Below are positions 11,137 to 23,574 of a stretch of DNA of 64,000 nucleotides, in pieces. The notes beneath the pieces are model-generated. The model made no database searches and was not told where the DNA came from. It saw only the letters and a program-made list of their open reading frames with translations. The position numbers and the translations under genes were made by a program. Numbering within the stretch: position 1 is the first letter of the stretch; each line of letters opens with the position of its first letter. Source of the DNA: Hormiphora californensis (lineage: Eukaryota; Animalia; Ctenophora); the NCBI GenBank assembly GCA_020137815.1, contig CM035357.1, positions 4,898,001 through 4,962,000 of the forward strand, read 5' to 3'.

Positions 11137-13024
11137 GACTGGAAGTCAGAGAGTGGTTGTTGTGTGGTATTCGTTTTCAGGGAAAAGCAAGTGAGCTAAT
11201 GCTATTGAAGACTCGGTTGGATGGTTACGAAGGGGGCTCGGGATTTCATGGTATGCATGTCATGTATAAATTATACATTGACACACATACTCACTATAAT
11301 AATGGCCTATGCCCATACGAATTCATATTAGGAGTCACAAGAGTACATAATTATTTATAGCAATGCTAGAAACCGGTAATTGGTAGGATAATTGGTAACC
11401 TGAATAGACTACACAGACTACTGTAACATAGCACAGTCTGTACTAGCTGCCACACCTATTTCCAACCTTAAAGTTAGATAATAAATGTATGATTTCATGG
11501 CGAGAAACAAAACTACCAGTTCCAAAGGACAGATGCTTTCATATCTAGCTAAACAACTTCTCTCGCATTGCTCCCGTTTCTCACCCTCACTTCTATTATA
11601 TAATACTCGTCTGACGTCTCTCTCTCTCTCTAAAGGCCTCCTGATTTTCAGACTCTACGTCTCTTCTCTCAATTGGAGGAGAAGTATGTTTGATTGTTAC
11701 AAATTACAGGTGTTGACAAGGCCACGAAAAGAGGTTGTCAGTCACATACACAACGAGATGGTTACTTTTTCTATAAGTATACCATAGCACATAGGCCTTC
11801 TTACTGCAGGGGAAAGGCCGATTAGGGCCAATTGACTGATGCCGACAAAGGACATTTTTTGTAACAAACGACCATTAACTCGTACTATAGTTTAGTTGGA
11901 CAATTTACTGCATTTGGAGTTGGTGCCTGCAATGAATCTCATGTTTACAACCTTTTACTTGATCTATATCGGTTCTGGTATTGGAAATGAAGAGTTCGAA
12001 TCAGTTTGGTTAGAAAATCTGGAATCATCTATCATTATGATAGTTCTACAATCTACGGAATAAAAACTCCAAAAACAGAAGTATTTAGGGTGAGAAACAT
12101 GGTGAACCACCCTGCACAGAATGGGAGAGATAGAGAAATAAATGCAATTTGGTACATGTGCGGTAGGTGTGTAGAAGTAGAACTAGACCGGCTGGAGTGG
12201 CTAAAGACGGGTTTTGAGATTTTGAGAAGTTTAAGTTTGGTACACATATATCTTGGTAGACCAAGCATATTTTAAGCTCCCGGTTGCATGTAAAATATGT
12301 TAATAATAGCAATAGACAGAAAACATATGCGTCACAAGTTTGTGGCACACATTTGAAACACAGAACTGTGTGTATATGGCGGTTCAAGTACTACAGTAAA
12401 CAGAAAACACACGTGTGTAGGACATGACATTCAGTAGAGACAGACAACGTACCTATCGGTAAACTTTTCTCACACACAATTTAAAGCTATGTGATAATCT
12501 GCAGTGCCGCACTATTTTAGGTCTAGGCACTTAGCACTTGTGTCGTTATTAAAACTTGACCCAAACAGCCAACATTCCTACATACCAACTTAACTTGGCC
12601 AGGTACGTGGGAAAGGATTAAATTAGTGCTGAATTTGGAATTACAGAAGTTGCTGAGTTCTAGTTGGATTCATTCTTGAGTGTCCAGTGAGTAAATTAAG
12701 CATTTATTGAATATTGATTGAGTTGGAGTGGAAAAGTGGCATAGGCAGTTCTAACAGGTGGTAGAAAACTAATTAATAATTGGAACATATAACTATTTTC
12801 ACTCATTAAAAAGCCCCAAAAACGAACAATATTTAGTGTTTGAAAATGAATGTGTGACATTGACAGTGACACTGTTGAAGTGACACCAGCAATAAATCAA
12901 AATGTCTTCCCGGGCATTTCTGTTGCTGTAAGTGCTGACAATGTTCAGCGCGCAACTTTTTACACATAATGCGCGCTCCGGAGTCTGCTCTGATCAGATT
13001 GTCTAGTTCACACTCTCTGAATTG

Positions 13025-16000
13025 TTACTCAACAATCTCTGCTTGGGTCTTTACGTCGTCCCCATGTATCGATACGGACACTGCGAAATGAGGGGTGATC
13101 GTGAGTGAATGAGTGATACAATTGGGGTGATATGTTTGTGATTGGTGAGGGATGAAGATGAAGGCTGGGACATACACTAATTATTGTAATTCAACTCACC
13201 GTGAACTTCCTTTTCCTTTCGCGTTATGTCGATGGGAGTTTGTTTAGATGATGTACCAGTCTTTTCAAAAACATCCTTATTTTGCCTGAAAGATATGAGT
13301 GGATTACAAAGGGCCAATTTTAGGATAAACGCACCCTGCACCATGGTAACGGCACAGGAAAGATCGAGTGATCCCCATTCCCCAACCCATAAAACTTACT
13401 TTCTGAACACACTAAGATCGTTCAAGTTCTTATTTCTGAACTCTTTCAACCCCTGGTGATCAAGTCGAGCCTGGCTGGCTAGCTCCAGAATATCTTCACT
13501 CGAGTTGACGGCATTCGGATCTGACCTGCAAACGAAGACCAAACATATCAGTTATCACAAAATACTGCCCTCTTCTTGCACGACATTACAGTGATGTAGT
13601 ATGACAACGAGGGCCAAAAATCGGCCCCTTTCAGGAAACATTGATTCTTTACTTACAATGCTTCAAGGAAGGCATTTTTCAAGAATGGAGCATATTCAAG
13701 AGGGTTTAGTCCTTGTAGACTCAGACGGGAGTGACACACCAACAACATTTGGGATTTGAACATGGGAAACCGATCTAACATGGCGTAGAAAATGTACTTT
13801 GGGATAAGGAGACAATCACAGGGGACTTCTGCAAAAACCTGGGGAAGTGGGGAGGGGGGCGATCTATCAGAATCTTAATTGACTGATTAGTTTCTTCGAT
13901 ACAGATAAATACTAGATCCCAAGGAGAGTTAGGATGCTCTTGGTAAAATGGTAGATAATCACCGAGAATCATGATACAATAGTACCAACTACAATTATAG
14001 AGCTGAGCAAATAAGTAATTTAAAATACACCTACCATCATGTCAGCTTTCTTCTTGGTTAGAAGGGGAGTTTCCCCAAAGAAACCAAAATCACGAACTAT
14101 GATATCATCATCAAGATTACCACCTGAACAAATTATCATCAATCGATATAATAGGTTTGTATCAATTTTGACTCCGTCAAAAGAGGCTAAGAATAACCAC
14201 ATTTATTTCTGTGGGGGTTTGGTAGATCGACTGTAACCGTGTGCTAAGTAGTAATTCAACTAAATCCAAGAGATAACATGACACAACGCCCCCCTTCCTC
14301 GCCATCCCCCCCCCCCCCCCCCGCCCAAGACAACACTAACCTGGCGTAGTGTATTCAATGCTGACAGTGCCCTTTTTGATGACATACAAATCCTCGACTG
14401 TGTCCTCGGATCGAATTATGATGTCCCCTGTCATGAACACTGACTCTCTGAGGAATACATTGAGAATTTATACGTTGGAACTATTGTGGGGTCAATGAGT
14501 TTTAAAAAGCAGATTGGTTTTGGGGTGAATGCACAGAACATCGGATAAACATGATGATAGGGACATTTAATTTAATTGGATGGGAGTTGGAAATGGGGTC
14601 TGGACTCTGGATGGGGATTGTGCTTACTTGATACTTAACAGGAATTGTTCAATTAATCCGTCATCTCCCGTGCTCAGAAAGAATACATTCTCCAAAATCT
14701 CTCGGTATCGTGATTTTATCACATCCTGTGTAAATAATTTACTCACTCATTATTTGCCAAGACTGAAGACATGAATATTCAGTTCTGAAGAATTCTCTAA
14801 ACTTCAAAATCGCACTAGATTACAGATTTGCATGTCGATTTGGCTGCTATTTCTTACAAACTCACAATTTTCAGTGCCAAGGACAGTTCCTTTATTATCT
14901 CTTCATCTTCGTGAATCTCCCCGCCATACTTGTGATGGTAGAACTCGTGAAGTCGCTGGTGGGCATCACTGTCCAAGTTGTATTTTTTAGCAAGCTCGTC
15001 GACATCTTTTAACTGAAGGAGGATTGTTATGCCTTGTTTCACCGCACTCCGCACGGTTTTGAAAATGATAAAGGGTTTGAACAAAACAACAAAAATTGTA
15101 TTTCTTGGCGAGACTTACTTATTATATCTAGACTCGAGAGTCGAGGACCTTATAAATTATCCTAACAACTGATCAATTATCTTTCTCACCTTCTGGGTGT
15201 ATCGTATGGATCCCATTTTGAAGAGAGAGATAGTTTTAGTCATCTGAGACACGATCATCATGTAGAAGAAGGCTCCGGTCAACATTGAGGGTATAATAAA
15301 CACAACCTGGGGGGACAGTTGGGGTGTTCGGAATGGTAGCGAGCAGGTACTAAATACCAGGGTCCAGGCCTAGCTAGACTGTCGAGTTTCGTGCGCCACA
15401 TAACAAGGTCCAGGTAGTTGAAGTGACACGGGATAAATGTGGTAAGATACGTGTCGTGACATTCCAACAGCAAGAGTAGATAGAGTAAAAGAGGTTTTAA
15501 AACGGTAAATCCATTGATGTTTCTGAGAAATCATACCTCCGTGACTTCTTGGGGCGAATCCCGACCATATCCAATAGTGATCATGTGGGACAGGGACCGG
15601 AAAAGGGCCCACAAATACTGCTCTAGAACTGGTGCTTCCTGAAAATGGAGACACTTGGTTCATATACTAATTCCATATTTAGTCAATTCATGACTTCAAT
15701 ATGACCATATTTGGTCAATAGAATAAGTTTAGTGTCAACTGTTACCTGAATTCCTATTAAAGTGGGCCACGACTTTGCAGGAAAATCTCGAACGTACACC
15801 ACAAAAAACTGGATACAAGCACTCCAGTGTGCCATTACAAAAAAGAAACAAAGCAGCTGGACGATCTTAATCACCAGGGGACTTATTTCAAATATCTGAA
15901 AACATTTGATAAGATCTTACAATCGAGTGAATTATTTGAGTATGAAGAGCTTCATGGTTACCTGAGCTCCTGTGCCCACATCTTGTCCGATGGCTGATGC

Positions 16001-17405
16001 ACTGACCTGTATCCAACGTTTGGCCAGGAAGTGAAGTCGCCCCAATCGTAGCACTCGCAGCAACGAGAATATCTTGAGCATCTTGGCAATCAGTAAAGCT
16101 TTGGATGCGTTGTAGGCAAAATCCAAACTCTGGTGAAAAAACTGTGTTATGAGTTAGAAAAGTAGTGACATTTTAATGTTAATTACCCCGCCTGAATCAT
16201 CATTGTTTCTCAGCGATTTCGCCAACTCTGATCCGATAACGTCGTAAGGAATGGAAGACAGGAGATCCGGAATGAACCAGGTCCGCAGGTACTTTCGCTG
16301 GATTTCATTCCTCTCCAGGATAATCTGGAAGTAACAATGAAGGAGTAAAAGAGAAGTGAGGTAAGGAGTAAAAGAAAAGGATCTAATTTGCCATCTCCGA
16401 AGGCCGAAGATAGACCCGTAGTACGCCTTTAAAGGATCTGCCTACGCCCTACGGCCTACCTTTGGAGGATTAGAAGCCGTGTCAATGGTCCCAGTAAAGA
16501 ATGAAAGAACAACATCAATCATGTAAATCACATCGATTATTATCACTATCGGATACCTGATGCAACGTATTAGAAAATAAATAGCAAAATTGGTTACTGA
16601 CATACATCGATAGCTTTTATTTTAGAATGGTCTGTATTGCATATTATAATACGTACCAGTCAGCTTCAGCAGGAAAGATTTCATTGTCGAATATTCTAAA
16701 GAATGCTATCTTGACGGGTAATATGAACATCGTGATACCAATAGCGAACATAAGAATTGTATCCCAAACCAACCTAGTGAAAAAGGGTACAAATCAAAAT
16801 CACACAATGGCCAATGGACATAATCAAAACTCCCATAATTGTCGCAATACATGACTGGTAACAAATCCCCACCTAAATGTTGAGAGAGGATGAATAATTA
16901 GTTTTTTCTCCTCATGTAGAATTCTGTCCTGCCTCTGCCTGTCCTCCAAGACACCCACAACTCCCCCGTAGAACGTTTTTATCTGGTTACTACTGATATT
17001 CGCCTCAAACATCGATAATATCTTGCTTTTCTTCGATTCCTCCTCCGCTACAATTGAACTAACCAGCCTAAAAGGAATCATTTGTTACTCCTTAGTTAGC
17101 TTTAGTTGTCAAGCGACCCTATCAAAAACTCACGATCGAACGCAATTCAAATCTCTCACTCTCTGTCAACTTATTAACTTCGTACCATTATGTCGTTATT
17201 TATCTTGTAAAAGTCTCTTCATAACTCACCCCATACCAGATGCAGTTCTATGCATGTTCCGATCGCTGATACTTTTCCTCTGGTTGTACACATCGATAAG
17301 TTGGGCCTTCAATTTGCCCTGAGGCACGCTCATCGACCGAGCACGGCACTTGTGATAGCCAGCAAAAGAAGGACGTTGTTTGAGGTTGTCTGGCGGATTT
17401 ATCAT
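13025..17405 (-). CDS. HCN: HCN-family (CNBD superfamily) six-TM ion channel, about 17 coding exons
   Basis: Spliced translation gives HCN-domain NQIKTFYGGVVGVLEDRQRQDRI...IIHPLSTFR, S1 WDTILMFAIGITMFILPVKIAFF, S3 YLRTWFIPDLLSSIPYD, S4 ASKALLIAKMLKIFSLLRVLRLGRL, S5 AHWSACIQF, pore YLWALFRSLSHMITIGYG, S6 SMLTGAFFYMMIV, a C-linker, and CNBD FMTGDIII...FFGETPLL. All introns are GT-AG with consistent phase; stop TAA at 13025-13027. Confidence 0.9.
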
Positions 17406-17734
17406 AAGTTTCCCTGACGAAAAGAGTTAATTTTAGGAGTTAATTTTATGTTAATGTTAATTTCATGTTAACACCCATTTTATGTTAGCCCCAATTTACC
17501 CGACGGATACGAGTCGAACCGTCAATCATCATAAAATATTGATCGAAAACTTTACAGGATTTGAGTCGAGTCATATGACTGTGTGCATGATATATTGGTA
17601 TCTTTCCTTCTCTATCTATCGATCGGTCTGCTTCCCTACTGTGCTTACAGCCACACTTACATCTCGCACTTTCCGCCTGTGTTTGTGAGTGTTTACGATT
17701 CTTCCAGCTGTGTGTACAACACAACTTAGAAAAC

Positions 17735-20700
17735 ATGGCGGAATATGGATTTTCCATATTTCTGGGTACCATCTCGATTGCCATTTACTTCGCAGCCTTT
17801 ATTATGCTTTACACCATGAGGTTAGTACCATTTGATCGCTTTCCAGATTTCTAACTTCAAAATGAAACGACCTTTCGAAGATTGAGAGATTGAGAGATTA
17901 TAACTCCCTAGGAAACACCGGGAGAACAAGAAAGTGTATTTTGATGCTCTGTTTTGTGCGGCTATGGCCCTTTATCTTACATTCTACTATTTGTCGCTGA
18001 ACTTTAAGGAAAGTGTTGAAACTGCAAGTGATGAAACTGGTGAGGAAAATAACACGGAGAAAGGAAGCAGGAACTTGCTGTCATGTATCTGTTTTGTAAG
18101 TAATTTATCGTTTCTTATTACGCCATGGTTACCGTGGTTACCATGGTTACCATCGTTACCGTGGTTACCATGATTTCCCAGGTGTTCGTGGTTATGGGTG
18201 CTATTATAGCAGCTGTAGGATATATGCTCGGGTCAGCTTTCTGGAGATACATGACTGTTAAACCACCTGCACCACGTAAAAAGCCTAAGGTAAAGTGGAT
18301 CCTTTCGTAAAATCAGTGCAGCATAAAAATAGTCCAGCTGTACTGATTGCAATGAATGAATAATGTTGATTGTCTAGTTCTAAGTTCACTACTGATAATT
18401 GACATGCAGATTACATAACAGTAAACTATGTCAATCTTTCTCTGGCCTTAGAATGCAAAAGAGCTGGAAAGAGAGGTGCGATTCGACATGGAAGTTGAGG
18501 TGGCAGATGCTGAAGGTGGTGTGAGTGGAGGTCCAGACCCCGCCAGAATGAGGTTCTTTCAGGGAGTTTTCAACAAGATAGCTCTTGTGGTCGTCAGTAA
18601 GTGATAATAATCATATATGTATGCTAACCCCCCCCCCCCCCCCCCACTAACACATGATTTTATAACAACCCCCTCATTTCTAATGGAAACAGAACAACTA
18701 AATGAAATACATCACGTGGAATTTGCCCTAAATCAAATGATGCTACACCGCATTCACAAGATTAGCCCATCTTTTGCCCATGACACACAATAACTTACCC
18801 ATCTGGTGTCCTTTCCCAATCTGCTTCAGAGAGGTTGGATCCTGTAAAATAGTAGTGTGCGTGGGTGGGTGAAGAATTAAACGAGGATAGAAGTAACATT
18901 CGAGCCCGGCCAAACCCCCCGGTCACCTCTGGCCTCAAAAAGGTCATAATTTAGTATTTCAAATTACCTCGTCGTCATATTGAGAGGTGGAGCTCGTAGT
19001 CTTTGTCACAGTCACGTTGTCCTCCGATTGGGTTTGCCGTTGATGGCAAGAGCTAGACATGTGTAAAACTTCCATGGTACTCCTTTTACTGGTGCCTTGC
19101 TGGCTGAAAACAATAAATAGTATTACGGTACTTAGCAGAACTAGTATAGAAGAAGATTGAGTTTGTATACCTTTTGCCATATTCAAAATCGGCTAAGTAG
19201 TGGCCAAACAAGGTAAATATTTTTATATAATGCAAAAACACCGCGTTTTTAGACAGATATTTTAGGCCAAGTGCTAGAAAGATGGGGTACCTTGTCATTG
19301 ATGAAACGGAGCTGTGCATCTTCTTCAGACTTCTGATCACCGAAGAGCGGGACCGGGACTTCTGAGCATGTTCTACGTCCGTTTCCGACGTATTCGTATA
19401 CTCAATTCTAGTGAAGTTTGGTGAGTTCAAGGACTGAGAGAATAATTGGAACGGAACAAGACAGTCTAAAACCATGATGGTAACTATGGCAACCTAGGGT
19501 AACTATGGTAACCTATAAAATGATACCTTGGTAACTCTGAGATCCCATTTCCATTGTCCTTGCTCATTATCGCTTGAGTCACATAGTCTACCTAAGGTAA
19601 TTTATGTTATTTTAACTGGGTGCACTCAGGTCCAGTCGGGGCATATAATTGTGTTTCAAATCAGAGTCAAGGAAACCTAATGCATGCAAAGTATCAAAAA
19701 TATTATACGATATATGGGGAATGAAATAGCATGGGGTATAAGAACGGTGACATTATGTTAAGTGCTTCACTTGCCGAGACTCCTCGCATCAGTGAAATGC
19801 ATGTAAATGCATGCTAATGAGTTCAGGGGAAACCTAGCCCGCAGAGATACAAAAGCGTGCAACGAACCCCTGAATTTCAAAGATGAAAATCCTTCTACTT
19901 TGTTTGGTTGTTACCACCGTCCTGGTGGGAAATGTGGACTCGAAGAAGAGGAGGAGGAAAAACAAACCACCAGGTTTTTTACTTGGAGGTTTAACAGGTG
20001 GCCTAGGAAGTAGTTCAGGAGGCATGGTTGAACCACCAGTACCACAACCACCGGCACCACCACCAGTACCACAACCACCGGCACCACCACCAGATGATAT
20101 GTTTGGATCACCAGGTGGTAATCATGGACCACCAGATGGCAATCATGGACCACCAGATGGTAATCATGGACCACCAGATGGTATGTTTGGATCACCAGAT
20201 GGTAATCATGGACCACCAGATGGTAATCATGGACCACCAGATGGTAATCATGGACCACCAGGTGGCAATCATGGACCACCAGATGGTAATCATGGACCAC
20301 CAGATGGTAATCATGGACCACCAGATGGTAATCATGGACCACCGGATGATATGTTTGGACCATCAGGTGGTAATCATGGACCACCGGATGGTAATCATGG
20401 ACCACCGGATGGTAATCATGGACCACCGGATGGTAATCATGGACCACCGGATGATATGTTTGGACCACCAGGTGGAGGCATGTTTGGACCACCAGATGAT
20501 ATGTTTGGACCACCAGGTGGGGCCGGGGGTATGTTTGGACCACCAGATGATATGTTTGGACCACCAGGTGGGGCCGGGGGTATGTTTGGACCACCACATG
20601 GGGGTATGTTTGGACCACCACATGGCCATGGGGATATGTTTGGACCACCAGATGATATTTTTGGACCACCAGGTGGGGGTATGTTTGGACCACCAGATGA

Positions 20701-23215
20701 TATTTTTGGACCACCAGGCGGGGGTATGTTTGGACCGCCAGAGGGAGATGATATTTTTGGACCACCAGGCGGGGGTATGTTTGGACCGCCAGACGCAGAT
20801 GATATTTTTGGACCACCAGGCGGGGGTATGTTTGGACCACCAGACGCAGATGATATATTTGGACCACCAGGCGGGGGTATGTTTGGACCACCAGACGCAG
20901 ATGATATTTTTGGACCACCAGGCGGGGGTATGTTTGGACCATCGGGAGGAAGTTCTAGTAGGACTATTATAGGAAACTCTGAGTCATTGCTACCTGGTCT
21001 AGAAGACCTGATAAATCGAAACATATTCACCGCCATTATACAAGCCACTGAAGCCAGGAACAAATCCACAGGCTGATGATTCTGGACCTGGACCACAGGC
21101 TGATCTTCCAATTATGGATGCTGTAGTATCGAATAACCAAACAGATCCTCCCTTTTTTGACGATTATCATGATGATGATGGTTATTTCAACTTTGGTGAA
21201 TTTGGCAGAGGAAAGTTTAAGATGGATTTAACGGGACTTCGGGATTTGGTTGATATTGTGAAAGAATCTGATAGCCTGATGTCTGGAGACCGGAGTTGGT
21301 TTTGTCAGGTTATGAACAAGGACGGCGTGAAGCAGATGCTGAAGCAGCTTATGGACGAGGCAGAGGTAGCGTTTAACTGTACAGAACAAAGCACTGGCAA
21401 CAAACGGAGGAAGCGATCGGCTCGTCTTAAACGAAGTCCAGTTTTTCCCAATCATCATGAAGACGTGTTGCATGTCGATCCTGAAACAACCGTGATTGGC
21501 GGATTCGGAGGGCAATCTGGGAATGCCAATGGCAAGAACAACTCCAAGAACTGTAACGTGAACGATGTGTATAAGATGCTCTTTGTTTCTTTCCTGAATT
21601 CATCCTGCAAGGATTAGATATTTTCTGTAAAGCATTCTGATACCGGCAACTGCATTGAAAATGTTTAAAAAAATTACAAAACAAAAATTACAAAAAAACA
21701 ATTATTTTTACAACAAAATGATATACTTTCTAATCTCATCTCGTACAACAATGAACAATCATAATATCATAACAGCTATTTAACAAGTACTCTGCTTTCA
21801 GTGTTTGCGGTAGTAATTCCTGTGCTTTACCTACTGATTGACGTGTTCACAGCGGGTGAAGATGATGAAGCCGATCTAATTATCACTGGATACAAGTAAG
21901 AATATTATACAATATTATAGCGATGCTGCAGTCTGGGGGATTAGGGGAATATTGACCTATTAATGTATAAATCCCTAAAACTATATTTATTTTCAGATGC
22001 TGGATGGGTGGTAGTGGTTCCCTGATGTACATAATCTTCTACATGCCCATAATTGGGGGCGTTGTGGCGACAGCTGGATTCCTCTTTATAACTGGTTCAA
22101 TGGTTAACAAGGGAGAATTGTACACTGCAAAAACTGAAGATCCCTTCATACGGGACATACAGGTAAAAGTCACCCACTACCTATACTACACCACTAACTA
22201 ACTAGATGGTGGCAAGATCAAGTCACTGAGGGTCGGAAGAGTCCTTCTAAACAAACTGAGAGGAGCTATCATGTTATTCTTGCAACATGGCTGGTGCATG
22301 TATACTACAATAATATTACGATATAATCAATCTAAACTACAACCGGCCAGTGATAATAATAAATCAATATGTTTAGTTTCTATAGCACTTTATAAAGCTA
22401 ACTAATCATTTTTCACACAGCTCCGCTTGGTTCTGGTGGTCGGTTTAGGAATGTGGTGGATTATTCAAATCCCAGCCCTTGCTCAACACTCCCCGACCGC
22501 CATTCAACATCTGAATGGGCTCGTGAACATTCCTCTCGCTGTGCTGGCTATGTATACATTCCTGAAGAACAGTCCCTGAAGTGATGGAATCGTGGAGGAG
22601 ACGGTGCCCACTAGGTGAGTAGATCAGTACATTGATCATATAATCATGCACAGTGTACCACGGCTAATATATGTCTTCCTCGTTCCTTTTTTACCGCAAG
22701 GAGTCAGAAGATAACAATTACCGACGCCAAAACTGGAACTTTATGAAAATAATGTTATATTTTGTTTCAGTAATGAGAGCAAAGCAGGAGGCAGATCTGT
22801 TGTGGCTCTATAACGTATCCCGGCCAGCACAGAAAGCATTTTATAGGGCAAAAAGTTCTTCAAAGAAGGAAAACGTAAAGGAAGATGGTACTATTGAGTC
22901 GCCAGGTCCAGCAACCATTCAATCGGAACCAGTTAAACCAGTAGCTGTAATTAAAATTCAGCCAAAACCAGTAGCAACCACCAAAACGCAACCGAAACCA
23001 ATGGTCATTCCCAGAGGTCAAGGCTCAGTTCTACAATCACTGTAGTAAAGGAGGAGGAGGAGGAAGAGTACTATGCAGAGTTCGATAGCCCCAATGTGTA
23101 TGAAAACGAAGAGACTGGCCGTGCACCAGCGATTGCAGAATACCACGGGCCTGAAGATGAGGTGGACTATGATAATTTGAAAAATGAGTCTAACGTTTAT
23201 GTCTATAAGTTGTAA
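17735..23215 (+). CDS. 7TM receptor, family-B/adhesion-like, with almost no ectodomain (8 exons: 17735-17820, 17912-18095, 18182-18289, 18452-18596, 21802-21895, 21997-22162, 22421-22614, 22771-23045/23215)
   Basis: Seven hydrophobic helices, Cys at the top of TM3, ECL2 YKCWM, TM5 IFYMPII, TM6 VGLGMWW and helix-8 PEVMESWRRR. It needs removal of one base at ~22565, which the splice phase supports. A second shift near 23016 probably extends an acidic Tyr-rich tail to 23215. Confidence 0.72.
18799..19195 (-). CDS. Possible exons of a small antisense gene with one hydrophobic segment inside the 7TM intron
   Basis: ORF 18959-19186 has SILVLLSTVILFIVFS and a gtaatt donor at ~18967. A short exon bounded by tttacag and gtaagt lies at ~18841-18799. 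No homology recognised. Confidence 0.25.
19883..21617 (+). CDS. Secreted Gly/Pro-rich block-repeat protein with a furin-type cleavage site, intronless, nested in intron 4 of the 7TM gene
   Basis: Signal peptide MKILLLCLVVTTVLVGNVDS, basic KKRRRK, polyproline, 14 NHGPP(D/G)(G/D) heptads and ~23 (M/I)FG(P/S)(P/S) units. ORFs 19883-21076 and 21114-21617 join by skipping one base at ~21065 (...PQADDSGPGPQADLPIMDAVV). The C-terminal part has KRRKRSARLKR and several Cys. Confidence 0.8.
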
Positions 23216-23574
23216 ATTCACATCATGTGCAGCACATGTTGAACTTCGCAGTGCCCCGTAAATAACTGCGAATGAACAAAATACGTAGAGTTGAAGTTTG
23301 TCGTTAGATTTTGGCAGGCCCGAATATCTAGCGTTTTAGCGTTTTACCTATTTGATTTCAGATTCAATTGTTTTTCTCTCTCAGAAGAAATAATATCATT
23401 GATCAGTGATTGAGACTGGCATTAACCAAAGTCAATGGCCCAGTTTATAACCCGGAATTTCCTTCCGACTTTCAAAGTTATTTTCTTTCAAATCTCACAA
23501 AGTTTTATGAGAATTCTCCCAGTTACACTCATATTTCGTGACAAGGAAATGTTACTGAACCTCTCACTTTTTTA

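Noticed and set aside
19883-21076. Collagen/minicollagen or classical neuropeptide precursor
   Set aside because: The period is 7-8 residues rather than Gly-X-Y, and the repeats are followed by Pro-Pro, not G-K/R amidation and cleavage sites.
19911-21111. Long overlapping ORFs on other frames and strands (343, 314 and 224 aa)
   Set aside because: These are shadows of the stop-poor 21-bp repeat. Only the frame starting at 19883 has a signal peptide and sensible flanking domains.
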